63,559 nucleotides of DNA from Chara braunii (GCA_003427395.1 BFEA01000021.1:3542532-3606090), one strand, 5' to 3'. Positions 24,890 to 38,738 are shown, numbered from the stretch's first letter. Notes: a model not told the origin generated them from the sequence alone. A program made the numbers and translations.

Positions 24890-25420
24890 ATGAGAAGCGC
24901 TGCCGAAAATTCTACAAATTCAAGAAGTTAGTCAAATTTTGACTTTTCAAAGTTCAACTTCTCTAAATTTTATATATGGCTTAGTAAAAATATTGAAAGT
25001 CTAATTTTTTAAAGGGAGTGCTGCAAAAATTTTTGCTAATTGAGAGAGTTAGACAAAAATTGAAGCTTGAGAAGTCAAATTTATTTTAGATAATGAACCT
25101 TATGTAAGTCTTGGAATAACATTTTCATAAAGGGAGTGCTGCTGAAATTTTTACATATCTAAGGAGTTAATTAATTTTTTTCTTAGTTGAAATCAAGTTT
25201 TACTTTGAGTTCTTATCTAACTTAATATAAATCTGGGAAATTTTCTTTTCTAAAGAAGATGCTGCCAAAATTTTTACTAATTCATGGAGTTAAATAAAAT
25301 TTGACTTTCTAGAGTTGATGATTATTTCAGTTTTTCGTATTTAGGTTAGTATAAATTATAAAAAGATATTTTTCCTACGGGAAGCGTTGCCAAATTTTTC
25401 TTAGTTTAGAGGTGTTAGCT
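24890..25420 (+). repeat. Degenerate ~120-bp tandem repeat (5 units)
   Basis: GRRAG.GCTGC..AAATTTT...GAGTTA motif at ~24893, 25014, 25132, 25255 and 25379. Confidence 0.7.
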
Positions 25421-26682
25421 TATGCTATTTGGACAGGTGGTGATTCTGACAACCCACCCTAAAGAAGGGAGACTTTATTTAAGGTTTATATTTTATTGGG
25501 GCTCTGACTTAGACGTGAGCTTAGACTCGTTTGGTAGAAAACTTTTGAGTGAGAATGTGCTATGGAGATTCATTCCTCATGCACTAATAATTTAGCTTGG
25601 GGATTGGTCTGCCCTATGTTACAAGTCCTCTTGATTGTCTGATTCAGGATCAGGGCTAGATTCAACTTAATCCCACGAGGATCATTTTTTGTTATCATTG
25701 ATAACAAGTCGGTTGCCGATTCATCGGTTTACGACTCAACTTCAAACCACTCCCGCTATCAACATGAAGATTTTAACCCTGATGGTTTTTATTGTTTTAT
25801 TAATGTTTTCATCCAGACTTTTATTGAATGGTCATTTAATAGAGATACGGAGTATTTATTTTGGAAGGTTGGGCAAAGATAGGGGTCTGCATGGCTAAAG
25901 CAGAAGGCATGAGTACAGAGAATGGTTGAAGTTGATCCCGTGTAATATGTGGACATTTGGTTTAATCTTTGATATGATTGCATGTATGTTTTGTGGTTGG
26001 GACTTTTGGATCTGACTGCCTGCGATCACATACATATATATATGGCTGAGAAGGGTCCGACTGTGATTATGAGAAGTGATCATCACGTGTTTATAACCCT
26101 TTATATATATATATACATGCATACGCATTGAGTGTTTGCGAGACTTATTGTGACCGTGCACAAGGGTTAAACAAACTATGTGTTGAGAGAAAAGGAAGAT
26201 CATTTTTTTTATGTTTTGTTTTTTAAGAGTTTTATAATAGAACGTTGTGGTCCGTAGCAGCTGTCAAAGTCAAACCCCTCGAGTTCTCTTCAGGCCCTGG
26301 ATGATGGAGTTGGTCTCCAGGGCGATAAGAGATGATTGTCACCACAGGTACGAACCTTTGTACCACCCACTCTCCGCAGGACTCGGATGCAGAAGAGGGT
26401 GTGGTTCTCAACCGCACTTGGCGTGTGTCAGTCGACACTTGAGTGTCGAACACGACCCTCGAGATTATCGAGGACCTCGTGATTATGGGTACTACATAGT
26501 ACATCATCGTTGCAACCGCTTGCGTAAGCATGCATTGTTAGTCGATATGAGAAGGCTCTGCATCCAAACGGTTTTTATACCAAGTCTCACGCGCGACGCT
26601 TATCCGATTTCCGTGTCAGAAGGTTATGGGATTACTACAAAAGAGACTAGGAATGTTCTTGTGTTGTTTTGTTTTGTGTCGA

Positions 26683-26747
<65 letters not shown>

Positions 26748-27660
26748 AATTTTATGTTCTTAGTGTGGTGTAACACGTGGTGAGTGAGGTGCGTCCTAGT
26801 CGACCGACGATGAGTCGCGCTTGGGACTTTAGACCCCCAATGTGTAGGTTCGCGTGCGGGTTTGATAGAGGCGTGGGACTCCACATACCCCGTATGCTAC
26901 AGCGTATGAGAAACGCCCTTGGCTGATCCACCTCTGCGATTGCAACTGATTAACTTTCGTACTGTGGACTGATAGCTTGACGGGCATACGCCCACCGAAG
27001 GGAGGTGACAGCTCCCGCAAGTGGACGTAAGTTGTATCTCGCGTTAGTCCTATCCTGTCCTAGGAGCTCATGAGAGGTATGGCTGGCGCACTCGGTCGGA
27101 GCGGCTTGCGGAAGCTCCTCGTGTATCGCAATGTAGACCAACTCCTGCGTGATGCGGCCGGGAGGGTCCCACACTGTGCGGGACCGTCGCACTCGACAAC
27201 GGGTGTGTATCGTTTTCCACACGGCAAATGCATGAAAAAATGAAGCACGCAGAACACAGCGGAGGTTTTGTCGGTGGGGACACACACACATACACACGCA
27301 TACACTCTTCTGAGAAAATTAGCACGCACGCCGCTATAAAACGCTGGTCAGCCGGTTTCGCACTTCAACGCCGAAAGTAACAGATCACCTATTGTGGCAA
27401 AGTGCCTGGTGCTAGAATAATCACCAAGACTTTTCGCCTGTGCGACACCGAAGACGTGGCCGATACCACAAACCCTGAATTCCGAGCACTAGATGATGCT
27501 CGTGTGTCCACCAAGTCCACCATTGCAGCCCAACAAGCATTGAGTATGGACATAATTTATGCCATCCAGTTGCAAGGTATATGAATAATTTGCCAGCTGG
27601 TCTCCGAGTCCCTGATATGCCCGTGCTTTTCCTTGCGAGTAGAGCAGGTGCAGGCAAGAC

Positions 27661-27880
27661 ACTTTGGGGGGTGGTGGCAGTTTCTTTGACAAATGCGGGA
27701 TCGGTAGCTGCCTGTGGGACCGCACGGAGGGTTTTGGTCCAAACGGTGGCAAAGCAGTTGCAGGGTGAAACTTTGGGGGGGGGTGGCCGTTTCTTTGAAA
27801 AATGCGGGACCAGTAGTTGCCTGTGGGACGACGCGCTGGTTTCAGTTGAAACGGTGGCAAAGCAGCGGCAGAGCGGAAAA
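27661..27880 (+). repeat. ~110-bp tandem duplication
   Basis: ACTTTGGGGGG...TTTCTTTGA.AAATGCGGGA...GTAG.TGCCTGTGGGAC...AAACGGTGGCAAAGCAG occurs twice. Confidence 0.75.
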
Positions 27881-28071
27881 GTGGAAGTCTGAATCGGAAA
27901 GGGCGCGGCCTTGGCCGCAGGTTGAAAAGACACACCTGCATTGCATTTGCTAGTGCAAACAGATATCTCTGAACGTGGACGTATTCAACGCCCCACATGT
28001 TCACCATCCGCCCCACACATTCAGTGTCCGATTGAGTGAGTCACATGCCCATTTTGCTCCTTGTCTGAGCG

Positions 28072-28153
<82 letters not shown>

Positions 28154-29228
28154 ATCTCTCTCTCTCTCTCTCATTGTGTTTATCAATCAAGCATATACAA
28201 ACTACGGGCTGCACACTCGTGCCCTCACGGTAAGTCGATGCGATCGCCGACCCGCCGCCATTCTGGCTGCGCCCCCACGCCCCTCGTGGGGTTCGTTTTA
28301 TGCCCCTAAGAAATTTCGTTGTCGGCACCAAATGGTGCGGTAGTTGGAAGGGTGGTGTATTTGTTGGGGGTCCAATTCATGGGAAATAGGTAGTTTTCGC
28401 TGTTGGAGGACCGGTAGCTGCCCGCAGGATGTCGGGGAGGCCGGATCCCGAAAAATTTTCGCTGCTCGAGGATCGGTAGCTGCCCACGGGAGGTCGGGGA
28501 GGCTGGGTCCTGAAAATTGGCATTCCGCTGAGTAAGGGTGGGTTTTTAGGGGGGGCGCCGACTGGAAGGCGCAGGTGGGTCCAATCTTGCAATTTTCGAG
28601 CGCCAACTTTGGCGATTTTTCGTGCGCAGAATAATTGGAGAAAAGATCTAAAAATTTGATATCGGGTAGGCCAGGTCGTGATCTTCCCAGGAAAAATATC
28701 AACAAAATAAAATAAAATCGTTTTACCATGAAATAAATGCCGCGCCAATTCGTCACTTTTTCCATTTTTGGCACACGACAACTTGTGGGCCAACGGGAAA
28801 AGTACCCCTATTTCAAAGATTTTTCACGCTCAGAAGAACTCGTAAACAATCTGAAAAGTTGAGGGTCCGTAGATTTGGTCATGATCTTTTCAGGAAAAAT
28901 GTTTAAAAAAATTAAAAAAATTGTCTCAACCGCGGAATAGATTATAGCGCAAATTCATCCTATTTTCCATATTCACCACTCTGGCGGTTCTCCACTCTGT
29001 GCTACTGGTAGCCCTCATGGACCTGTGCTACCGGTCCCCCAAATTTCCAATGTCGGGTAGAATGGTGGTTTGAATTCGAAGCCTGTTGTGGTCGAAATCG
29101 AAACAGGCCAAAAGCAGCGACGGCCGCTCCCGTCCCTCTGCGTTCACAAATTGATAGTCTCCCTGTGTGCGCCGGGAGCGTGGTGCCTTAGCGATCGAGG
29201 CGTTTTGACAAAGTGGCGCCGGCCCTGA

Positions 29229-29321
<93 letters not shown>

Positions 29322-31711
29322 CACAACAACATCAACAAACAAACTACAGGCTGCGTACCCGTGCCCTCACGGTAAGTCAATGGGGCATGTATCCTGCAAT
29401 AAAGCAAGGAAGATATACCCTCCATAGTTTTTATCGGGTGGTGCGGCGAGGCTGATGAGGGGGGCGCCCCGCTTATGAGGGCCTAGCTCCCACTACTGTG
29501 ATCTTTGCTTCTGACCGTCTATCCTGGCAATCAAATCTAGGATCTCCGTATGAAGGAAATCGACCCACTGCTCAGCAAAACGGAGAACGCATATCGCAGG
29601 CTTATATGCATCTGACCCCAATTGCGTCCAGAAGTAAGTGAAAAAATTGCTGATTGCTGATGCCAGTATGCCCTCAGATCAGAGAAGGAAAAAAAAGAGA
29701 CAATACGGTGATACTTCACAGTTATGCGATGCCGGCGCTCATGGGCCAACCAGGTAGAGAGTTCAAATTCAACTGTCCGCGATTGTGACGTTAGAGGTTG
29801 ACTTGGCGGGCAGCAAGGGGGGCGCCGCGCTTGGGAGGATTCTCGCTTGTCGACCGTAGATTCATGAGATCATCAACGGCCAGATACAGAGAACCCATAC
29901 AGGAAAGTGGGACCACGCCTCTCGTCTGTTGAGGTGCTGAATGGCCGGTCCAGAGGTGCGCTTTGCGGCCTCGCCGGAGCACGCACTGAAAGTGCAAAAA
30001 AGGTATGTACCCGAAGAATGTGGGAGTATACACGCACCATAATTTTTGTCTTTTCTTTCTCACATTTGGCAAGCGGTGCGGCGCGGCCCGGCCCGAGGTC
30101 GCACAGAACAGAAAAAGTCGTCTGACGATTCGCCGCCCAATCGGGTCTGATCACGACTCGAGGGCAGCGCGATACGGGTGTGCGACGCTGGTGTGCGACG
30201 AGAGCGGGCGGGGCGGGGCGGGGCGGGGCGGGGCGGGGCAAGCGGCAGCCAGAACGGGCGGGAACAACCGCTTAGTTAGTTTGGTAGAGACACGATGGCG
30301 CGCTCGTGCGCACGGTTGCAGCGTTTGCTGCTGCCGCTGCTGCTGCTGCTGCTGCTGCTGCTTGTTCGAACGATTGAGCGCCGGCGGGTCGCGCCACCCG
30401 CCCGCCGGCCCGCGTAGTTCGCCTTTTCGACCGTAGATATTGAAAATCGACGGCGGAAAATGAATAATCGTCCCGCCGGGCAAGTGGGACCTCGCGGCGC
30501 TCTTCCGCCTGTGGAGAAAACGGCTCGGGGCTCGGCAAAGGCGGGAAAATTGGCGTGGCTGGAGTAACGCGCTGTGGTCCCGCGCTTGTGTCCTTGACCT
30601 CGCTGCGTTTTGGTTGCGCCCGCGCTTGCGCGGACGCCCACCTCCGCCTGCGCCTCCGCTTGCCGAAATGCCCACCTCCACCTGCGCCCGCGCTTGCCCG
30701 AACGCCCACCTCCACTGTGGCGCCTGATGATGCGCGGGCTGTTTGAACTTGTGTGAAGCAGTTGGTAGGCGAACTTTGTGCCACGTGGAAGTCGCATGTT
30801 CCCTGGCGCATGGCGGCGCATGGCGCCGGATGTGTCCGTCATGATGGCGCGTGGATGACCAGAGAGAGAGGGTACGGGCGTGTCCCGTGTCCCGCGCTCC
30901 GCGCCTCGCGCCCCGCGCCCCGCGCCCTCGCCCGTGTCCCATAGCGCCATTTGTTCATCACGGGCGGGAAAGGATCGAGAAACCGAGAGCAGGTGAACGG
31001 CGTAGAGAGCGTTCGGAGGAAGAGGCACTTGTGAGCGCGAGCGAAGGAGAAGGGAAGGAAGGGAGGCGCTTTTGTGAGTGGCACGTAGACAGGGCGGAGT
31101 TGGCAAGTGCGTTCCGATTGACACGTGGATATGCTCGTTCACATTCTTGTTCGAATTACGTGTCGGTGGTGCTGGGAAGGGAGAACGAGAATTGGAGATA
31201 GAGAGGCTGGTTGGGAGTTGAGGCACGTTGGGCACCAGATTGTCGGTCTTAGTTCCTGAAGGAGCGGTGGACTTGGTGTTCAAATATTTGTGCATCTCTT
31301 TTGGCGGGAATCAAGAGATCTAGGCCATGGTCGAGACCGGTAATGGCAGATCAAGGCATTGATTGATACAGGGTGTGACTGAAGTCGCGAAAAGGGAAGT
31401 GGCAGGGAGGGGNNNNNNNNNNNNNNNNNNNNNNNNNNNNNNNNNNNNNNNNNNNNNNNNNNNNNNNNNNNNNNNNNNNNNNNNNNNNNNNNNNNNNNNN
31501 NNNNNNNNNNNNNNNNNNNNNNNNNNNNNNNNNNNNNNNNNNNNNNNNNNNNNNNNNNNNNNNNNNNNNNNNNNNNNNNNNNNNNNNNNNNNNNNNNNNN
31601 NNNNNNNNNNNNNNNNNNNNNNNNNNNNNNNNNNNNNNNNNNNNNNNNNNNNNNNNNNNNNNNNNNNNNNNNNNNNNNNNNNNNNNNNNNNNNNNNNNNN
31701 NNNNNNNNNNN

Positions 31712-31776
<65 letters not shown>

Positions 31777-32356
31777 TCTCTCTGCATGACATAGCCAACC
31801 AATGCAAGTTTTTTGACTCGTTTTCGACTACCGTTTTTTTTGTGGGCGGTTTGTGTTTGCCAGTCCTTGAATTTCCTTGTCATTCCCCCGGTCTTGTTCT
31901 ACCGCGTGCCGCACTCTGTTTTTCCCCAGAAACATTCGTCCGTATTTGTCTCTTCCTTCTCTTAGTAAAGAAGTGATGTTTTCCTCCTCCGAGAAACCTC
32001 TCTCTCTGCCAGAAACGTGCTGCGAGGTGGCGGGCTAGGCAATACGTGATCGTATATCATGCCGTTCCTTTCTCCTGCCTGCCTTCCTTCCTTCCTTCGA
32101 CAATCTACTTCGACGAATGGGCCCATAAAAAATGTACATTTCATGTACATTTTCTCCTCATTTGACGGCTGACAGCTATGACATATTTTCCTTCTCCGAG
32201 CGCAATTTCTGGTGATTGTCGCCGTATTTGTTGGTAGAATTTGCAAGCGAAATACTCGTGTGATGATCAGAGGAGAGCTTAAGTTGTGTTGGTGTGTGGT
32301 TTTTATATCGATCGCTTTGTTAAAGCAGCTGGAGTGTAGTCGAGAACTTGAAAATC

Positions 32357-32919
32357 ATGGCCAGTTCTTATTGGGGTCTTGAAGTTAAGGTTGATGAGAA
32401 AGTAGAGTACCGGGTTCCAGATTGCTCCGTGTTTGTCCTCTCGCAGGCGGCGTTGGGAGGGGAGGTGGGAGATGGGGAGGGTGTTGTTCTTAGCTGTCGA
32501 CTTGAAGACCGCCCAGCTCTTGTCTTGGGCACTCTGCGCAAGGACTGTTCTGAACAGGTTGGATTCGCAGGATTAGTGTTCGGCAGAATGCAGTCTGTAC
32601 AGTTTTGGCACAACGGGAGCTGCTCTGTTTGTCTGTCGGGGTATATTCAAGATGTGAGAGATTTTATGGTGAAAGAGGGAGAGGAGGAGAGTAGTGAGGA
32701 AGAGGAGGAGGAAGAGGTTGAGGAAGAGGCTCGGGGAAAGGAGACGACTGAGGGCAATCCTCAAGCAACAGGACAAGAGGTAGCAACGACAGTCAGTACC
32801 CGCCATCACCCTGAGAGACAAGTGTTGGGCGGTGTGTTGGGAATCCACATGTTCGCTGCGACCAGAGGGGATGTGGAAGACTTCGATTATGATGATGATG
32901 ATGACGAGTCTGGGGGTAG

Positions 32920-32954
<35 letters not shown>

Positions 32955-34112
32955 TAGATGAGGTTGATGCCGCCTCACGTATGTTCATTTTTGACGAAGC
33001 AGAGGAAGGGTCGGAGACGGAGGAAGAAGAGAGTAGTGAAGAGGAGGTGGACGTTCGTCGTCGTTGTGTTGGCGTGGGGGAAGAGTCGGAGGACGATGAT
33101 TTGGAGGGGTTTGTTGTGGCCGATGATGAGGAAGAAGGTGATGAGGCGGAAGAGGAAGAGGAAGGAGAGTGGATAGGAAGCGATGATGAGGATGAGGATT
33201 TACATGTTAATGATGATGACGATGAGGAGGAAGAGGAGGAGGAGGAGGAGGATTGTGAAGAGGAGTGTGGTTGGAGCGAAGATGATTATGGCGATGTCGA
33301 TGGGCTGTCTTACTCGGAGAAGGGATGGATGCTGAGGCGGCAAAGACGGCGAGCACGTCCGTCGGTCAAAAGTGTTCTCTTCGATGATGAAGCTGAAGAG
33401 AGTTATGGGTTTCATGAGGAGGATTCGGAGGATGATGATGAAGTCCTTGGAGGTGGTGAGAACGGGAGTCTGGGTCGTTGGGAGAAGGGAGGGAGCGAGT
33501 CTGACGAGGAGGAGGAAGAAGAGGAGATGTTCATGTCGCAACCCGCTTCCAATTGCCGCCCGTCTTCGGGCAGAAGAAGAGGACCCAGCGGATCCCGGCG
33601 GAGACGTACTCGATTAATTATGGAGTTGTTACGGGATGATCCCGACCCCGACAACGTACAGGTTGGGGGTGTTGTAAATGCTGCTGCCGCTCATGTGGAC
33701 ATCCGCCTGAGAGAGCAGCGTGAGGATGGTGGAGGCGGTTCTGTGAAGGAGAACGGAAGGTCGGTGCGTAAGTGTAGACGGCGAATGGTTATTACGGACG
33801 ACGGAGATACCGATGAAGAAGAAGAAGACGAAGAAGAAGAAGAAGAAGAAGAAGAAGAAGAAGAAGAAGAAGAAGAAGAGCATCGGGATCCCAAGGGGGA
33901 AAGGTCAGCGGATGGGCGCCATGAGCAACAGGAAGGGGGTACGTTAAGGTGGAAAATCGCCCAGTGGAGAGAGGATGGAGCGAACGACTCGAGAGGGGGT
34001 GAGGAGGGGTTGCGCGGTGATCGAGAAACAGTGGAGGAAGGGAGGAGAAAGCGGATGTTAGCATCGGCTCGGCGGCGTATGGTAGTTGTATCGAGTGAAG
34101 AGGATGACGATG

Positions 34113-34145
<33 letters not shown>

Positions 34146-35773
34146 GGGAAGATGTCGAAGAGGCTGGGAAAGGAAGGGGATATAAAGAGGGAGCAGAGGG
34201 CAATGGTGATGCCGATGTTGATGGAGGCGGCGAAGGAGAGCACGACGGCATGAAGAGACATCAGGAGAACGGCGGTCATCAAGGACGAGGAAAAGCAATT
34301 GCTGCCATCTCCTGCGCTAATGGACCCATCAGTCCTCTCCCCGGTAATGAGAATTTGACGACGGAAGGGAAAAAAAAGTCCTCGGTGTCGAAAGAGTGTA
34401 GTAAGAAGAAAAGGAGGAGGGAGGATGGAGAGATTGCGTCGGCCATGAAAAGGAGAAGAGAAGAGGAGAAGGTGGTGGTGGGTATGGAAGTGGAGGGGGG
34501 GGGCGAGGATAGGTCTCCGCCCAACGGCGGAAGTGGAAAGAAGCGTCGACCTGTCAATGCTTCTACCAGCTCTCGATTTACTGGTGATGTCAACGGATAT
34601 GGCGAGTGGAATCGGATGGAAGAAGCGCCGCTTCGTGAGCAGATGGAGGTTGCGGGTAACGGAGCTCGCGATTTACTGGTGACGTCAACGGATATGGCGA
34701 GTAGTAATGATGCACAGCGGCGTTGTGAGAGAGAGGGAGAGGACGCGGCGGTGGTGGGCACAAATGGAAAGGGGGCGGAAGACGCGGCGGCGGAAGAGGG
34801 TATTGTCGGTGACGAGCGGAAGGGGACTGGGACACAAACGAAGAAGAAGAAGAGGAAGAGGAAGAAGAAGAGTAAAGAGGAGAGGAAAACGGAGGGCGAG
34901 TGCGAGATGGAGATTGGCAAGGAGGAGATTGACGAGCATAAGCACAAGCGATTGGAAGTAAAACGGGGCGATACGGGAAAGAAGCAGCGGCATGGGACGA
35001 TAGAGGAGGAGGAAGATGATAGGGAGGAAATGGAGGAGGATAAGGGAGTGGAGAAGACCGAAGAGAAGAAGAAACGAACAAAGGAGACGAAGAAGAAGAA
35101 GAAGAAGAAGAAGAAGAAGAAGAAACGACCGGACGAGGAGGAGGAGGAGGAGGAGGAGAAGCGAGAAGAGAGAAAGGAGAAAAAACAGTTGAAGAAGAAG
35201 AAGAAGAAGAAGAAGAGGAAAGACAAGGAGGAGGAGGCAGGAGAGGAGGGAGAGGTAATGGCAGTAGAGAGCCGTGTGCATCCGAATGTTGTGGCTCTCT
35301 GTCGGACGATTGAACACGAGGAAAAGGGCGATCAAGCAAATCGCATGGAGGACAAATGGCGGAGTGTTGGGGGAGGGGAGGAGGTGGATGACTCGGTGAG
35401 AGAGAAAGCAGAAAAGAGGAAGAAGAAGCAGAAAGATAAGAAGAGGTGCCGAGATGACGTGGGAGAGTTTATTAAGGGTAAGAAGCCGGGGTCGGGGGAG
35501 AAGAGGAGGGATTCTCCTTTGGCTGGTAGATCGAGACCGGCGGAAGAGAATGCTTTGAAGAAGCGAACCCCGATGATAGGAGCAGCAGCAGGAAGTACAC
35601 TAGGAGGAGGAGGAGGAGGAGGAGGAGGAGGAGGAGGAGGAGGATGTGGAGGGGGACGTTGTAGATCAGACGCCAAGCTAGGACAAGAAGAGTGGAGAAA
35701 GCTAGCGGGGGCGGGAATGAGGGGGGGCCAATCAGCAACCGTAGGCTCGCGCTTGCAAGAAAAAGCGAGATAG
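32357..35773 (+). CDS. Nucleoplasmin-like (NPL) domain protein with long acidic and Lys-rich tracts (FKBP53/HD2-type histone chaperone-like), single exon
   Basis: N-terminus YWGLEVK...VLSQAALG...LVLGTL...EQ...LVF...V.F..NG..SVCLSGY is the NPL fold. D/E tracts and poly-K NLS/NoLS-like tracts follow. 3.4-kb uninterrupted ORF; first ATG at 32357. Confidence 0.8.
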
Positions 35774-36047
35774 ATAGGACTCGTTTGTCGTTTCCTGTGG
35801 AGCCAGATAGGAATCATTTGTCGTGTTCTCTGTTCGAGGGAGGGTGTGTAGAAAACGTGGGTGGCAGAAGTGTGGAAGAGAGTATGGGATAAAAGCCGAG
35901 GAGACGTGAGAGGGCTAGATGGGCGGTCGTTGGCTCGCGAGACCCCGCCCCGCTCGAAAGGTTTGAACGACCGGTAGCTAGGCAGAGAAGGAAGGCTGTG
36001 AACACACACACACACATACACTCACACACAATATAACAACACACACG

Positions 36048-36106
<59 letters not shown>

Positions 36107-37325
36107 ATTCATTGGAGAAGACACTGTAAATCGGTTCTTAGGAAGTGGCCATGGGATTGTGGCTGACTGATGTGTTGCTGGGACGTTAATGATAGCGACA
36201 GGGTGTGGGCTGAGGAGCAGGGAGAGCGGGGAGCAGTGGAGGTGGGGAGACGGAAGAGGGGGGGGGAGCAGCAGCCGGGCCGAATTTTTGCGCGGGATCC
36301 ATTTTTCACTTGAAATTTCTGTATCAGCGAGTCCTCGTTTTCTTCTTTTCCCTTCTTTTTTTTTTTTTTTTTTTTTTTTNNNNNNNNNNNNNNNNNNNNN
36401 NNNNNNNNNNNNNNNNNNNNNNNNNNNNNNNNNNNNNNNNNNNNNNNNNNNNNNNNNNNNNNNNNNNNNNNNNNNNNNNNNNNNNNNNNNNNNNNNNNNN
36501 NNNNNNNNNNNNNNNNNNNNNNNNNNNNNNNNNNNNNNNNNNNNNNNNNNNNNNNNNNNNNNNNNNNNNNNNNNNNNNNNNNNNNNNNNNNNNNNNNNNN
36601 NNNNNNNNNNNNNNNNNNNNNNNNNNNNNNNNNNNNNNNNNNNNNNNNNNNNNNNNNNNNNNNNNNNNNNNNNNNNNNNNNNNNNNNNNNNNNNNNNNNN
36701 NNNNNNNNNNNNNNNNNNNNNNNNNNNNNNNNNNNNNNNNNNNNNNNNNNNNNNNNNNNNNNNNNNNNNNNNNNNNNNNNNNNNNNNNNNNNNNNNNNNN
36801 NNNNNNNNNNNNNNNNNNNNNNNNNNNNNNNNNNNNNNNNNNNNNNNNNNNNNNNNNNNNNNNNNNNNNNNNNNNNNNNNNNNNNNNNNNNNNNNNNNNN
36901 NNNNNNNNNNNNNNNNNNNNNNNNNNNNNNNNNNNNNNNNNNNNNNNNNNNNNNNNNNNNNNNNNNNNNNNNNNNNNNNNNNNNNNNNNNNNNNNNNNNN
37001 NNNNNNNNNNNNNNNNNNNNNNNNNNNNNNNNNNNNNNNNNNNNNNNNNNNNNNNNNNNNNNNNNNNNNNNNNNNNNNNNNNNNNNNNNNNNNNNNNNNN
37101 NNNNNNNNNNNNNNNNNNNNNNNNNNNNNNNNNNNNNNNNNNNNNNNNNNNNNNNNNNNNNNNNNNNNNNNNNNNNNNNNNNNNNNNNNNNNNNNNNNNN
37201 NNNNNNNNNNNNNNNNNNNNNNNNNNNNNNNNNNNNNNNNNNNNNNNNNNNNNNNNNNNNNNNNNNNNNNNNNNNNNNNNNNNNNNNNNNNNNNGTTTTT
37301 GGGTGTGCCAATTGAGCTAGGCTCG

Positions 37326-37370
<45 letters not shown>

Positions 37371-37384
37371 TTTTGGGGCCGTCA

Positions 37385-37461
37385 GGAACCACCATACAGA
37401 GCAGATGAGCATGGCCCGAGCGCAAGCATGACGCATAAATTGAGAAATGGTCCAGAGTTTT
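37385..37461 (+). pseudogene. U6: Diverged, 5'-truncated U6 snRNA copy
   Basis: GGAAC..CATACAGAGCAGATGAGCATGGCCCGAGCGCAAGCATGACGCATAAATTGAGAAATGGTCCA aligns to the middle and 3' part of U6. Confidence 0.8.
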
Positions 37462-38570
37462 CTCTTCGATTCCTTCTTCCTTCTTCTTCTACTTCTTCTT
37501 CTTCGTCTTGTCTTCTTCTTCTGTTCTTCTTCTGCTACTTCTTTTTCTATTTTTGCTTGAGAAATGGTGTTCCATTGGGCTGGTTTCTGATGCTCCTCAT
37601 TTTTGCCTTTTTTTCTTCCCCTTCCTCCCCTTTGTCCGCTTGGCCCCGAAAGAACAATCACACGCTGTTTCTTTTTTTTTTCTTTCTTTTTTTTTTTTTA
37701 AACCAACTTTGCATTTCATTATAACCAGAAAGGAGGCCGGGAATTCCTCCACAAACAACCCGGAAAAAAAAAAAAACAATGCTCGGACCATTACCCAGCT
37801 TTAGGTGCAGGCACTGGAGAAAAGGATTTCAGGCAGGAATTGGCCACACACGCTATTTCTTAGAACAGTTGGAACACACTCTTCTCTCCGTTTTTTTTTT
37901 TTTTTTTTTTTTTGTTTGTCTTGTGGAAAATATCTGCTTCGCCTGCATTATGATGACACTCTTCTCTCCGGGTTTGTTTAGTCTTGTGAACAAAAAAGGT
38001 TTACAAAATAGTATCTCTACTCCGTTCCTACCCTCCTCCGTCCACATCCAATCCAAGTATCGAACACGCGACCTACGGCTTGTCAGCCAGATAATACCCC
38101 TGCAGGGGCCCCCTGCCATATGTCTAGCCGCGCGTGTTTTGGACTTTGTTCGACTTTGTTTGAATCTCTGCATATCGTCACCGCCGACATGGGAGGACGC
38201 GTCTCAATTCTTTTTTTTTTTTTTTTTATTAATTAAATGCTCCGGTCTATTGGTGGGGAGCCGCACCTGCTGGAAACCGGGGGAAGATCAACGGCCGGAA
38301 TCTCCTAATTTGCGCAAGTGGGGCCCCTTGCCCCGGTTCCAGCGTAGGACGCGACTCAATTCAATCACAAGAGATGAAGATAGAGTCCAAAAAGCATCCT
38401 TTTTTTTTAACCAAAAAGCATCCTGTGAGGTTACAGAAGCACAAAAGAAAAGGAAAAAAAAAAAAGAAAAAGAAAAGAACAAAAAAAGAAAAGAAAAAGA
38501 AAAAGAAAAAGAAAAAGAAAAAGAAAAATAATTGTAATCTCGCTGCTGTGTCTCGCGTCGTAGTACACCT

Positions 38571-38738
38571 GGGGCGTGGTCCCACTAGCAAAGAGGATCG
38601 GATCGAATGCCTGAATCTGGACGTGTTTGTCGAGAGGTGCAGGAAATCGAGATTGAACTGCTTTTCTGCATCTCTGCATAAAACAAGTCCACATTCAGGC
38701 ATTCGATCCGATCCTCTTTGCTAATGGGACCTCGGCCC
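38571..38738. mobile_element. Long-hairpin MITE (Tourist/Harbinger-like), copy 1
   Basis: Near-perfect palindrome GGTCCCACTAGCAAAGAGGATCGGATCGAATGCCTGAAT...ATTCAGGCATTCGATCCGATCCTCTTTGCTAATGGGACC. GG-type termini and a possible 3-bp TSD. Confidence 0.75.

Noticed and set aside
30151-31295. Long overlapping ORFs (263-339 aa)
   Set aside because: GC-rich low-complexity sequence with no domain motifs; stop-poor by composition.
33200-35339. Antisense ORFs within the NPL gene
   Set aside because: Shadows of GAR/AAG-rich codons.
36109-37724. ORFs spanning N gaps or microsatellites (also 16567-17612, 31280-31883, 37779-38531, 60593-61063)
   Set aside because: Open only because of Ns and simple repeats.
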